Made by a program: the position numbers and the translations under genes. Of a DNA stretch of 64,000 nt, positions 26,101 to 37,827 are shown in pieces. The notes below the pieces were generated by a model. It saw nothing but the letters and a program-made list of their open reading frames with translations, ran no database searches and had not been told where the DNA came from. Source of the stretch: Perna viridis (taxonomy: Eukaryota); contig CM074514.1 in the NCBI GenBank assembly GCA_037379345.1, positions 21,142,001 to 21,206,000 on the forward strand, written 5' to 3'. The stretch's first letter is position 1; every line of letters starts with the position of its first letter.

Positions 26101-29100
26101 GTATCTCTGTATTGCTCTGTCCATCATTTTAAGATGTAGGAGTAGCTCTGTATAACTCTGTCCATCATTCTATTGGTTTAACATTGTTTCACATAATATG
26201 TGGTATTGCTTTTCATAACACTTTGGGTTCCCTGTTCTTGCTTTATCAACTTTAAATTGTGGGCTGGCAAAACATCAAATACTTTAAAGTAACCAAACAT
26301 GTCCTTAAAGTACTGCTTATCAAATGTTCAAGAGTTCTGAAACAAGTCCAAAAAGTGGAGTTCAAGGTGATCCCTTCAGTGTTTTATTCTTCTTTGTCTG
26401 TAGAGTACAGATATTTTGCCGAAGTGAATTCAAAAACAATCTATTTTTAGTTAATGTTTAAGTTAATTACTTCAATAAACTATTTACAAAGCATGAAAAA
26501 GACAGATCTGTTTATGTTCCATTTGACTTTTATATTAATTACATGTTTATTTCCTGTTTGTAGATATGTGTTTTCCAACAGAATTTGGCAGAAGATGAAG
26601 TGAAACGAGAACAGCTGGGGAAATTTGGTCCAAACATTCTGCAGCTGCTTAGGTATGCTCTATTGAATGTTTGTGTCAGTTTTGCTCAACATGAAATAAC
26701 TCTTTTATTAAACTTAAATTCACACAGCGGGGAAGTCATTTTTATATTTCTTTGTGCAAATTTGTCTCCTTTTTTTTTTATTTTAATATCCTATTGGCAG
26801 TTTTCATTATTTGTGACCCCTGTTTTAGCCATAAGTTATCCTTGATAGCCAACATAATACCCTTCACTGTTTGGCTGGTTGACCCTCAATTATTGTGGAT
26901 TTAGCTTTTGACGACCTGTAAAATCACTAGGTGTACTATTCTTAAAAGTGCAGGTGTTAAAACACCTACTCTTGTATCCTGCCAGTTAATGAAACATGTG
27001 ACAGTAGTTTAGAACTTGTGATTTGTGTCATATGTATGTGGTTAAAATTGAAAATAGATTTTCCCTGAACAAGTGTTCTTAAAAATATCCTCATTCTTAT
27101 ACATGTGACTAATCCAAGCCAAGGACATCTTTCACTTTCATATGTTTCCCCAAATAAATAGCTCCCTTTATCTTTTGTGATTAAGTTTGAGTCATTTCTT
27201 TTTGTGGAGGAGTTATAAGTAGAGTAAAATTTTCCCTCCACCCCAGAATAGTACTGGTATATATTTGTCCCACCACTTCTCAGTCAGGAGATGGGTACTT
27301 ATGTCAATTGATCGTCAGGTTTTATCGTGGGATAATGTTACTGATCAATGCAGGTATTTGTTGTGCAGTATTAGCCCTGATGATTTCTCCTGCAGTTGTC
27401 AGTCTTGATAAATAACACTAACTGTCTGGTTAAGATTAGGCTGACATGTCCATTTCATTATTTATTGTTTCTAATTAAGGGAATTGTTGTCTACTCTTTA
27501 GTTACCAAATAACTAAACAGGAATCCAGAGAAGACATTGATGGTTTTAAAATAAGTAAAAGGGAAACATCTACTGATACACAGAAAAAAAAATCTTTTGA
27601 GTTACATAAACAAGAGAAAGACATATTGTTCAGTTTGTTATTTTATGAAAGTTGAAGCATGCTCCTCCACTTCAATTTTCTTCTTATTTCAGTGAATGGA
27701 CAGAAATGTTCCCTTACGATTTCCGAGATGACAGAATGATGAAACAGTTAAAGGAAATTACCCAAAGAATTATCAGCATTTATCCTGAACTTCATACAGA
27801 TGTTGCTAGTCTTACTCATAATCTAATTAACAAGGTAATTAACAATCTTAATAATAAAACCAGCCAATTTAGTAAGAAATTCCTACCCATAGCAATTGAT
27901 ACTTTAGTTTTCAATATGATTGTACATGTAACCCAGGATCTAACAGCTACATGTAGTAGCAGGTGCTGAAATTTGTTATAAGAAATAATTTGTGTGGCCA
28001 AAATCATAAGTAAATCGTGAGCCATTGTGTAAAACACTTACATGTTTAATACTTTAAATAGTTTAACAAACGTTGTGGTCAAGTGTCTAGGACTTGGTCT
28101 GTCCGATAAAACTTAATTTGGAATCTCTCTTGTGGTTGTGGTGTAACTAAAGTGCACAAAGATTGGTTTAGTAGAGTGAAATCTGCTTAAATACACCACA
28201 AACATGTCTTTGATAAAATAAACACTCAGTTCATAGATGGAGCTTCTTATCAGTAAACAGAGAACTCCATTCATAAAGACTAAGTACTAAAACACAGTTA
28301 ATGTTTATTTTATCAGTGTACGTGGATAATGTTTAGTGTCTGAAATCAAGGACGACTTCTTGATGTTGTTTATTATTACACAAGAAGCAGTGAATGTAAA
28401 TTCATGTTTAGGGATCACTTCCTATCAGTTACCACACCTTGTGTGAAAGTGTCTTTTTGATAATGGATGATTCCCCTTTAGTTATTGTTTTTTTAATAAT
28501 GTCACTTACTATAGGGGTCAATGGCTGGAGATATGTTTTAAAATCCTCTCCTATTACACCAGAGATTTTTATATATTAAACAGCATGGGCTTCCCTTGAA
28601 GTTATGATAAATTGTGTAGGTGTGTTTACCTAGGACCTTGATGTACTTTGAGTTGTACCATTTGTATAAACAAAAGCCAGAATGAATGAGCCACTTCCTG
28701 TATCATCATTAAACTGTTCGGTTTATTAACTAATTAAAGGTGCACCTGATTTCTACTTTAATTTGTTTTATAGCACAAGTGTCTGATGTTAGGAAGAAGT
28801 GGTTTATTGTTGAAGTTTGGCATTTTTACTAGATCTGACATTTATTTGAACTGGTTCCAGATAATCTAATATAACTGCCAATAATACAGTTTTCTGATAA
28901 TCTGACATTCCAAAAATCTTGAAATGAAGAACAGCTAAGTTCATTCATTTTAACTTTGATAATGTTCCTGTTTTCTTCAGCTATTTTAATTAAATTCTCT
29001 CATGTAGTTATTTTAGTTTTGAACATTATACTTTCAGTTGTCTTCATTACATAAATATGAAGAAGAGTTATCTAAGATTAACACAGAGGCAGTCAGAAAA

Positions 29101-32100
29101 TCCAGTGTACAGGAAGTACCCACAGTAAGTTATAAAGATGTCAAACTAACTTGTTTATATATTGTGGAATTAATTCCAGACATGAACCTTTCAAAAATTC
29201 TCAAGTACATGTACATGTATTTGCAATATCCTGAAGACCTAACTTAAATGAACATTTAAGTACACAATGTGAACTGTACCTTTGTACTAGTTATCAGTCA
29301 ATACTGTCCACTTAGGAAATGTAGAATAAAGCACTTGGTTTTTGATCGTTGTTTTTGAAATCTGTTGTTTTTTTATAACCACCACACTTAGTGGCGAGGT
29401 ATTATTTGATACCTTCCGAAAAGTTGCATGCCCATCAGTCTGTCCATCATTGGTTTCCAGATGATAACTTGAGTACATGTATGGATTGATGCATTTTTTT
29501 AAAAACTTTGCACAGTTGTTAAGTACCATAAAATAATGTTCAAGTTCAATTCTGAAAGTAGTTTTTGAGTTAATCCATTTTGAACATTTTGCCATCCTCC
29601 TTTTCCTCCATTTTGTGGTAGAGTAACACTAAATGTTTCATTAATGCTCTATTTCTTTTTTTTTTCAGACTGACATTACAGAAATTTGTCCCAGTCCTCT
29701 GGAGTGTGCTCAACAGCTTACACATATTGAACTGGTAAGAATTATAACCATTTAAAAATACTGAGAAGAAAATCATAGAAGACAGAAAGTAATACTTATA
29801 TTTTGAATGATAAATTCAGGAAAGTTTCTATTAAATTGTGATATAAAGCTGTATTAAGATTTCAGTTCCAAAACTATTCTAAGGATTACTGTGAAAGTGT
29901 TATTGCTTGTCGAGTACTAATTTTCATGGCTTTCATTGGGTGGGGGAAATCTGATCCCAGTGAAAAGAAAATTTCCCATTCATTTGTATGACAGTATTGT
30001 CAAATCCACAAATTTAAGAATCTACTAACTGACAGTTTTCCCCTAAACCATGAAAATTGATACCCACAAATAAAAGTACATTCACAGTTTTTTTTCTTAT
30101 ATATTTAAACATTCTTTTTATTTTATTTTAAAATTGCTTTTTTTCTGCAGGAGAGGTTAGGTCAGATTGGTCCGGAAGAATTTGTCCAAGCCTTTGCTAA
30201 AGAAAATGTTGGAACAGAGGTAAATTTCTTCATAGTTAATAAGGGATCAACAAACTTTGAGTCGAAGTTAACAACAAATTGAAATTTATTTTTGTGATAT
30301 GATAATTTTTAATAATTTATTTGTAGATGTGCAAGACCAGTGTTTTATAAAAGAAAATAAAATACAAAGAAACAGCAGTCTGAGAATTAATGCCCCTCCC
30401 CCTAGTTTAATATTGACAAGAACCAAACAGTATGGTAATGAAAGTAAATGCCCCCATAAAAATTGGGTGATATTTTTTGAAACTTTTCTGACACTGTCAT
30501 ACAATTTTACTCAAGGTAAATCATTGTTCAATAATTCAAATGCTGAAAATTTAAATTTTAAGTGTACACGTAATAATTGTCTTTTTTCCAGACTTCTTTC
30601 AAAGACATGAAGAAAACCTCCAATTTAGAGGCCTATGTTCAATGGTTTAACAGACTAAGTTATCTAGTCACAACCGAGATTTGTTCAGTAAGTGGAATTC
30701 TCTAATAACAATACTGTTAATTTTACAAGAAAGGAATCAATTTGTTTAAATATTGAGAATAAACTGCTTAGAATCACCATTTAAACATCAGAGATCTTTT
30801 AAATCTGTTCTTTGTGCTTTATGATATCTGCATTAATTTTTCTACACAAGGCGGTGCTTTATCAGTTCTTACTGTTAAAAAGAATTTGTCTGTACAAGAA
30901 TGTTTCATAAGAGTTTTCTCTTTTTTTTTAGCATTTGAAGAAGAAGAATCGTGTGAAAGTGATAGAATATTTCCTGGATGTTGGTAAAGAATGTATCAAC
31001 ATTGGAAACTTCAACTCACTGATAGCAATCATTGCTGGTTTAAACATGAGCCAAGTATCAAGGTTGAAGAAAACGGTAAGTTCAATTAATGATCAAAACA
31101 GTAATCCATCGCTGAAGCAATCAAGATTCCTTATCATTAGATGTAAAATCAGTTCTGGTAAATATTTGAATAAAACAGTATTATTTCATTCCAAATGGCA
31201 TTAGCAAGACTTCAATATTTTGTGATCTAAGGAGGATAACTCTGTTTGTTGATTCCAAACTATAATATTTATAATATTTATTTACAGTGGGCCAAGGTCA
31301 ATACAACAAAGTTTGAGATTTTAGAACACCAGATGGACCCATCAAACAACTTTGGAAGTTACAGATCTTGTTTGAAAGCTGCTCAATGGAGGTCAGAAGG
31401 TGCAAGCAATGAAAGGGAGAAGGTATGACATCTGACAAGTTTGTTATGACTCCAATCGATGGGGACACAAAAACATTAAAAATATTGTTAGAAAAAATGC
31501 TTAGATGAAAATTGGTTAATCAAAGCATAAAAGTGAGTAAATATTATTACAATTAATTCTGATCCCTAAAAAATATCCAAAGTGGGTTATTAATTGGATG
31601 AATATGGTATTGCCAATTATTATTTCCCCATTTATTTTATTTTTTCAGATAGTCATTCCATTTTTTAGTTTGTTTGTGAAGGACCTATACTTCTTAAATG
31701 AAGGTCGCTCGAGCAAGTAAGTTTACTTTGATACTTAAGATAGTTTGATAACTAAGTTAAATGATTCCTTAATCATCTTTATGTTAATGATGTTAAATGA
31801 TTCCTTAGTCATCTTTATGTTAATGATGTTAAATGATTCCTTAGTCATCTTTATGTTAATGATGTTAAATGATTCCTTAGTCATCTTAAATTAACCAACT
31901 ACTTCCTTTATCTTATTGCATATTTACCAGGATATAATACTTGCTGAAACTTTATAACTTTAAATAAACACATATGTGGAAAACTTGGTGTTTTTACCAA
32001 ATAGTATTTCTTATATGATCATATTATTATCAGGTTGGAGAATGGGAACATTAATTTTGAGAAGTTTTGGCAGCTAGCCAAACAGATTTCTGAATTAGTC

Positions 32101-32999
32101 ACATGGCAACAGGTCCAGTGTCCTTTTGAGAAGAAGTCTGGTGTTGTCCATTACATTTTAACAAATCCAGTATTCTCTGAATCAAGTAAGTTCATATACT
32201 GCTGACTTATAAGCTACAATGACTTTATAGGAAGGTTAAAGTATTTAAAAAATATAATGAAATAAATTTTAGCTTTGTTTATCTTGCTAGTATGACTTCA
32301 TGTTATAAAATAGAGAAATTGTACAAATTTTCTTTTGAATTAATGATTGCAGGAATATAGATATTTCTCTTTTTTGTGTAGATTTAAGTCTAGCATCCTT
32401 TGAGTGTGAAGCTCCAGTCACAAAAATGGAAAAAGAAAGACACAAAGAACTGAAGTAAGTTGTTTAATGGCTGATGAATAGTAATGTGGTCAAGGGGAGT
32501 TAATAATTTCTTTTCCCCCGGACTTGACTTTTTATGAGCAACTCGGCAGGCGTTTCTAGAAAAGCAGAGGATGCTTACTACCGGTGCACCTGGTCCATGC
32601 TCCCAGTTTTTAGTGGAGTCCGAGTTGCTCATTTACTTTTGTTACTTTGTATGTATGATTTTAGTTACTTTATGTTCTTTGTTGTGAATGTCTGTTTTCC
32701 ATGTCTGGTCTTTTTCCCTGGATTACATTCTTTTGATTACTGCTATAACCTTGGTTCCCTTGATTACTCTTTTCCAATAATCATACAATAATATACCTTT
32801 TGTTTAACGACCAATGCTGACGAACTTCTTCATATATACCACCTCTCTTGAAAAAAATGCAAATTGACAGAAATGATTTACCAATGATTTTAAATAAAGG
32901 ATGGGTGACATGAAATTGTGTAAATTGCAGCAGTTTTAGTTAGTATAAATCTTTAAATTGGTTTGGTTTTTTTTTAGGTCAAAAGTTGGTGTTTCTTGA
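23042..32999 (+). CDS. RASGEF1B: Ras-GEF domain-containing family member 1B-like (REM + CDC25 GEF domain), spliced core of 15 exons, about 468 aa from SVGPQ (463 aa from ATG 23057)
   Basis: Exons 23042-23137, 24386-24475, 25944-26021, 26564-26652, 27693-27834, 29038-29124, 29669-29734, 30151-30219, 30592-30687, 30932-31075, 31288-31422, 31649-31716, 32034-32185, 32382-32454, 32978-32999 (TGA). All introns are GT-AG and phases join. Peptides GSLEALIQHLVP, FLLSSRL, EWTEMFPYDFRD, AQQLTHIELERL, IGPEEFVQAF, NLEAYVQWFNRLSYLV, NIGNFNSL, FEILEHQMDPS, IVIPFFSL, NFEKFW match the RasGEF1A/B/C family as recalled. The paralogue letter is nominal for an invertebrate. Confidence 0.93.
24386..24475 (+). CDS. 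RASGEF1B: RasGEF1 exon, REM domain start (ALIFEEGNLMAGSLEALIQHLVPTTEYHPD)
   Basis: AG/GT boundaries, conserved motif. Confidence 0.93.
25944..26021 (+). CDS. RASGEF1B: RasGEF1 exon (RTYVFAFLLSSRLYIKPHILLKEVCQ)
   Basis: AG/GT boundaries, conserved motif. Confidence 0.93.
26091..26169 (+). repeat. Imperfect 41-bp tandem duplication
   Basis: AGATGTAGGAGTA(T/G)CTCTGTAT..CTCTGTCCATCATT x2. Confidence 0.85.
26564..26652 (+). CDS. RASGEF1B: RasGEF1 exon (ICVFQQNL...PNILQLL)
   Basis: AG/GT, phase 0-2. Confidence 0.9.
27693..27834 (+). CDS. RASGEF1B: RasGEF1 exon (EWTEMFPYDFRDDRMM...LINK)
   Basis: AG/GT, phase 2-0, conserved motif. Confidence 0.93.
29038..29124 (+). CDS. RASGEF1B: RasGEF1 exon (LSSLHKYEEELSKI...EVPT)
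   Basis: AG/GT, phase 0-0. Confidence 0.9.
29368..29620 (+). mobile_element. Degraded HINE-like fragment
   Basis: TTTTTATAACCACCAC..GTGGCGAGGTAT head hairpin, GTCTGTCC tract and GATGATAACTTGAG..AAACTT..CACA core similar in layout to the 6672 element. Confidence 0.4.
29669..29734 (+). CDS. RASGEF1B: RasGEF1 exon (TDITEICPSPLECAQQLTHIEL)
   Basis: AG/GT, start of the CDC25 domain. Confidence 0.92.
29887..30088. mobile_element. MITE with TACTGTG...CACAGT termini
   Basis: Imperfect TIRs TACTGTGAAAGTG..AATTTTCATGG / CCATGAAAATT..TACATTCACAGT. Confidence 0.6.
30151..30219 (+). CDS. RASGEF1B: RasGEF1 exon (ERLGQIGPEEFVQAFAKENVGTE)
   Basis: AG/GT, conserved motif. Confidence 0.92.
30592..30687 (+). 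CDS. RASGEF1B: RasGEF1 exon (TSFKDMKKTSNLEAYVQWFNRLSYLVTTEICS)
   Basis: AG/GT, conserved motif. Confidence 0.93.
30932..31075 (+). CDS. RASGEF1B: RasGEF1 exon (HLKKKNRVKVIEYF...NFNSL...VSRLKKT)
   Basis: AG/GT, CDC25 signature. Confidence 0.94.
31288..31422 (+). CDS. RASGEF1B: RasGEF1 exon (WAKVNTTKFEILEHQMDPSNNF...REK)
   Basis: AG/GT, conserved motif. Confidence 0.94.
31649..31716 (+). CDS. RASGEF1B: RasGEF1 exon (IVIPFFSLFVKDLYFLNEGRSS)
   Basis: AG/GT, phase 0-2. Confidence 0.93.
31756..31887 (+). repeat. Intronic minisatellite, 36 bp x about 3.7
   Basis: Unit GTTAAATGATTCCTTA(A/G)TCATCTTTATGTTAATGAT. Confidence 0.9.
32034..32185 (+). CDS. RASGEF1B: RasGEF1 exon (LENGNINFEKFWQLAKQISE...PVFSES)
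   Basis: AG/GT, phase 2-1. Confidence 0.93.
32382..32454 (+). CDS. RASGEF1B: RasGEF1 exon (LSLASFECEAPVTKMEKERHKEL)
   Basis: AG/GT, phase 1-2. Confidence 0.9.
32517..32773 (+). mobile_element. ~260-bp dispersed repeat, copy 2, in the last RasGEF1 intron
   Basis: Matches 14187-14448; perfect 13-bp inverted repeat ATGAGCAACTCGG / CCGAGTTGCTCAT; TCTTTTCC direct repeat at both ends (32509-32516, 32768-32775), a possible TSD. Confidence 0.8.
32978..32999 (+). CDS. RASGEF1B: RasGEF1 last coding exon (SKVGVS-stop), followed by an AT-rich 3' UTR with several AATAAA (e.g. 33524, 34986)
   Basis: Poly-T tract plus AG at 32977, phase 2, TGA at 32997-32999; the poly(A) site cannot be fixed from sequence. 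Confidence 0.8.
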
Positions 33000-34875
33000 C
33001 AGAATTGACAGGAAAATGTAAATAGAATGGTACCCCTTGCCAAGTATTGATTGAGGAGAGCTGTGCCTTGTAATGATCAGTACCAGAAAATGGACTTTAA
33101 ACTGGTTTATGATGTGAACAATTCTACAAGGTTTAGTTCGAGCCGTAAAATCAGACAAAACAATGTTGACATTCCAGTCATGACTTGTCATATGCTTGTC
33201 ATGTGACTGAACCTAGTGCTATATTTTGTCTAGTGCAATGTTTTTCATTTCATTTTTCTTATTCACATTTTACATGACAACGAAATATGCAGGACATACA
33301 TATTTTTATAGATTTTATTAATTAGGAAATAGATTATCATATCTTTGTTGAATTGGTGATTAAATATTAATTTTATTTCAACTACCAGTACATTTGATTG
33401 GGTCTAAACTCTTGGGTATTGTAATCCTTAGTAAAGTATTTTTTTCATTTTTTCTTTGGATATATTATAATATGATATAGAGAAATTATTGGATAGAATC
33501 ATCTTTGCACCTGCTATTTAAGAAATAAACCTCTCGTTTAAGAATAATGCATTCCAGTTATTCCTTCATAGAATTCATATTTCATGAACATTGTAAAGAC
33601 TATAAAAATGGCATTAAATTATGAAAGTGGTTTGTCAGTCAACTGTAGGTTGTATTGTGTATCAGAGTGACCAAGCTAGACAATTTCTTATTGTTTTGAT
33701 GTCTCAAAATTCAAATTGTTTGTTTTTGATATTTAAAAGAATGGACTATTCTGTTCTGCTTGTTCGATTTTATTAATTCTATTTGAGCTTCTAGTATGAT
33801 TTGTTATTGTGTTGAAAGTCTGTTATTGTTTTAACCCTGTCTGTTAGTCACATATCAGTGTATTACCAATAGATATATATGATTTTTTTTAATACCAAGG
33901 GTAATTTCAGTGGTTCTAATTCACTTTCAAGTTTGGAGCATCCTGGACCTTTCCAAGTGTCAAATCAATGGTCCAGGACCCTTAATGGAATTTTAGAAGT
34001 CCTAGGTCAGAAATATAGGGTATCAGACCACCACTAATTTGAACCTCTGAATTTTATACAGAGTTGACTTGACTGTAAAGAGAAGGCACTTACTCAATTT
34101 ATGTTATCAAAACTTAATTTATTATAATACTCAAGTAGATATATTTCTTTTATGTCTCAGCCATAGTAAATGTTTATGGTAGTGATTACAGATTTATCTT
34201 ATGAAGTATTGAAACATTTTTGTATACACTTCTTTACGTGATGTATTAATGTTTTGGTTTTTAATAAATTTCAACTAATTTTCTTAATATATTAAATGTA
34301 TTAATTTGGCATTCAATTGAGTTTTTAATGAAATTGTCATTAATAAATAAGTTGCAAACTTTATTCATTTTTTTTAACTGAAACTGTATTTGATTTGTTT
34401 AATGAGTTTTTTTTTAATTCCTCCACACTTGTTATTTTAAAGAAAACATTGTAATAAATCTTCACTTGTTCATTCATACCATTCTATCATATCTTTGTTT
34501 TCATCCTTCAGCCAGGATCTATTTACTGTTTAAACATAGCAATCATTTCTACATTTCTCATTTGTTTGAACTGCTAGTTCATAATCAACTTGGTGTAAAA
34601 TTGTGAAGACTTCTTAGTTATAAGTACAGATAAAAGAGTTAATATGAAAGATCTCTAATTTAAATTAAAAAATGATGCAAAATGGATATTTACTCAATAA
34701 GTAATTTATATGTTCTTCATTTTTTTTCATTTGGCATTTACAGATTTTTTTGCTAATAGAATTTTTTTTAATTCCCATCCTCCATGTATTTGAAGTTTTG
34801 GCAACATCTCACTGAATCTTACTTTTTCCTGATTACAGTTTTGTATGAGGTTGATTTTGACAAGTCAGTTCAGTT

Positions 34876-34889
34876 GTTACCATGGTTAC
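34876..34889. promoter_or_regulatory. Candidate RFX X-box between the two genes
   Basis: GTTACCATGGTTAC, one mismatch to GTTRCCATGGYAAC. Confidence 0.35.
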
Positions 34890-35689
34890 ATCTTATTGTT
34901 ATAGCTGAAGGTTGAGATTTGTTATACCTACTCTGTAAATATTTTGCTATCAATGATTTATATGGACTTGTTGAATCTCTCAATGAATAAAACATTGAAG
35001 AAATATTTTAGTTTTATTTTCTTGCTTGCAGCTTATTTCCTTTGAGTGCCAAGAATCATCATTTTGGTTACAGTACCAGTTTTGTCACTTTCTTCTGAAT
35101 CTTGACTGAAAGTATTTACTATATTGGATTTAGGTTATACACTGGTTCATATGTTGCATTTTACTATGTTCATCCTTTGTTCCACTAAAGAATAAATCCA
35201 TGTTAAGAAATTCAGAAGTATGCTTTGTGATATGTCCTCTTTTCTTTCCTTTACATAGTCTAATTTCATTTTTTAATTTTATGCACTCACTGTAAAAAAA
35301 ATGTGGTTGTATGATGTCATAGCTTTGTCATTGTGGACCATAGACATTAAGCGGCTGCACAATAACTTGGTTATAAATGTATAGATCTCTGTAAAATCGT
35401 ATCACTAGGTTCCATACCACAAAATTCAAGTTGGGATTGATTTTGGTTTTCTTTTTTTATCTTTGGGAAAAAATCTGTTTTCTGCACAGTAACTTAAGTG
35501 GAATGGTGCTCTATGATATTGTACTACACTGTTTCATATCAAAAAAGAAAGGCTATATTTGACATAGTAGTAATAAAAGTTATTGACCCTTTGGAACTGG
35601 ATTAAGACGAATTGAACGAAGACTAAAAAATCATATGGTGCTTACAAGATACACTGCCAGATGAATCGATAAATCAACATATTTTTTTT

Positions 35690-35925
35690 TTATTTCCCAC
35701 CTGTGGGGTATATAGTGACAGGATGTCTGTCCCTCCTTTTGTTACACAGGGGACCCATCTCTTATCTGTTACTCTTATACCACTGAATGGATTGAATAAA
35801 ACTCCCATTGTGCACCTTTTATTTTAGATTTTGATTCAAATCAAAATGGAGGTTAAAATGTGCATGTTATCAAATGGGGGAGTGGGCATATCCAAATAGT
35901 GAGTATTGCTCAGTTCTTCTGGTTT
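35690..35925 (+). mobile_element. Degraded HINE-like fragment
   Basis: CCCAC-ct-GTGGG hairpin then GTATATAG, GTCTGTCC, CCACTGAATGGATT and a GTGAGTATTGCTCAG..CTGGTTT tail. Confidence 0.4.
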
Positions 35926-37509
35926 CATATTCTGCCCAATAATTAAAGTGGATGGAGCTCTTTGAACTTGTACCATAAGTTTAAATATCACAAATTTTGA
36001 GCTGGGATTTAAAGTTGGCATTGTGGCCTTAATTGTTTAGAAATCAATGGTGAAAATGGATTCAAACACAAACATATTTCAGGTTTATAGAGAATATCTT
36101 TAGTAAAAGTAGATGGATCTCTATGAGATTTAAGTATTAAGTAGCTGTCTAATAATTAATTTTAAAGTTCTTTGACCATTTTCGTTTTTTATGCTGTGTT
36201 ATACACTGTATTACAGTCCAAACTAAACTTGAATGTTGTGTCCATACTGCAGAGGGGCTCTCTGCAGTTGTATCAATCTGTGCTCTGCAAAGTATTTTAA
36301 TAGGGGTTTGTGAAAGATCAGAACATAGTCATGACTGATAACGTATTATGAACTTGACGGTTTGAACAATAAACCTATTTTTTTTTTTTAAATTCTAGTG
36401 TATGGTGAATCCCTTGGAATTGTCCTTCATTCAAGTGTTAAAAGAGAAAACTGTGACTGCCTTGTCAAATAACAGCTAGAATATATATAAATTAGACCTA
36501 GACAGGTTTTGAAACACAAAGAGTAATTTACAACCAAATCATATTTCAGTTTTAGCAACTATCCAGTTTTTAAACAGGCCTGATGTTATACAAAAAATTT
36601 CAAAATATGAATTCAAATTTTCTCAGTAAAGAAAACAGCTCAAATATTTCTGAATTTATAGATATTGGTGAAAGCAAAGTCTGTTTACCAATAATGGCAA
36701 AAGAATAATCTGTTTCCAGAGTGGCATCATGGCTGTAGCTGGTCATTAATTTCTAGCAATGCAAGCCCTATCTGAAAGGATATAGGGGTCTGACTTGCCT
36801 CATTTAGTGGCATGAACATTCATTTGTAGCACTTTCCTGCATGTTAAAAAAAACAAAACTTTCTAGATATTTTCAGTAGTCATCTATTAATTAAGATGGT
36901 TCATGGTTTCAAATCTGGAACACCATAGTTCTCGAGGTCGATAGGTATATGTAATTAAAAAAAATTTGCTGTTCATGGGTTTCAAAGAGTTGACATATCT
37001 GTTTATGTTTTATTAGAGGACAAAATCCAAATAAAGTAATCCATACTAAATTAACCTTAGAACTTTCAATCATCATGAGAGGAAATGAATAAAATAAATC
37101 ACTTACAAATATGTAGGGATATGAAAACCCACACTGAGTAGATTAATACAAAATGACAAATGAGTATCAGCTGGAGTATAGTAGAAAACAAATTTCTAGT
37201 ATCAGGATGCCACATGATTTGACTAGGAGTCAGATTTTGTTCACATCTTGATAACAATGTTGACATTAAAAAAACAGCCGCTTTTTTTTTTTATTTTACT
37301 AAACAGCCGTAGTTTTTTTTCTACTTCTACTTGTTCTAGCTTCCTACCAGTTCTCAGCAGTTGCATCATTCTTAGTCCTTACTTTAATTAACGTTACTCA
37401 CTGAGTCACTCTGTGAAAAATTAAAAGTATGAAAATAATATATGTTGAACATAGGTTCGAGCGATAATCAAAAGAATGTATTCGTCGAAGTAATATTTTT
37501 TTTTTATTT

Positions 37510-37660
37510 GAATTTTCCGCCTTATAACTTTTCAAGCACCTGCATAAATTGACGTCTCGTTGGCGTTTTTAAATTTGATTAACCAATCAAATTGTACAAT
37601 TTTCCTAGCAACAAATATCCCGGATGCTGCTTATGAAAATGGCGGACAGAGAAACATAAC
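37510..37660 (+). promoter_or_regulatory. Putative promoter of the dynein gene
   Basis: Local CpG enrichment in a CpG-poor background; CRE-like TGACGTCT 37550-37557, CCAAT 37583-37587, RFX X-box-like TTTTCCTAGCAAC 37600-37612, YY1-type AAAATGGCGG 37636-37645; lies about 150-300 bp before the first dynein ATG. Confidence 0.7.
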
Positions 37661-37806
37661 ATAGCAAGTGTCGAAATGTGTTATTTTCATCCGTAGAAGA
37701 GATATTTGCAAACCTATCTCATTGGCATATAAGGACGAGCCAGGAACACCGTCTTTGATAACGCTTTACTGTATTTGCCTGTGATCATTAGGCGTACAGA
37801 TACATA

Positions 37807-37827
37807 ATGGCACTCGAAAGAGCGAAG
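37807..37827 (+). CDS. DNAH3: DNAH3 candidate exon 1 coding part (MALERAK)
   Basis: ATAATGG strong start context, AAG|GTAAAC donor in phase 0, next to the promoter motifs. Confidence 0.6.
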
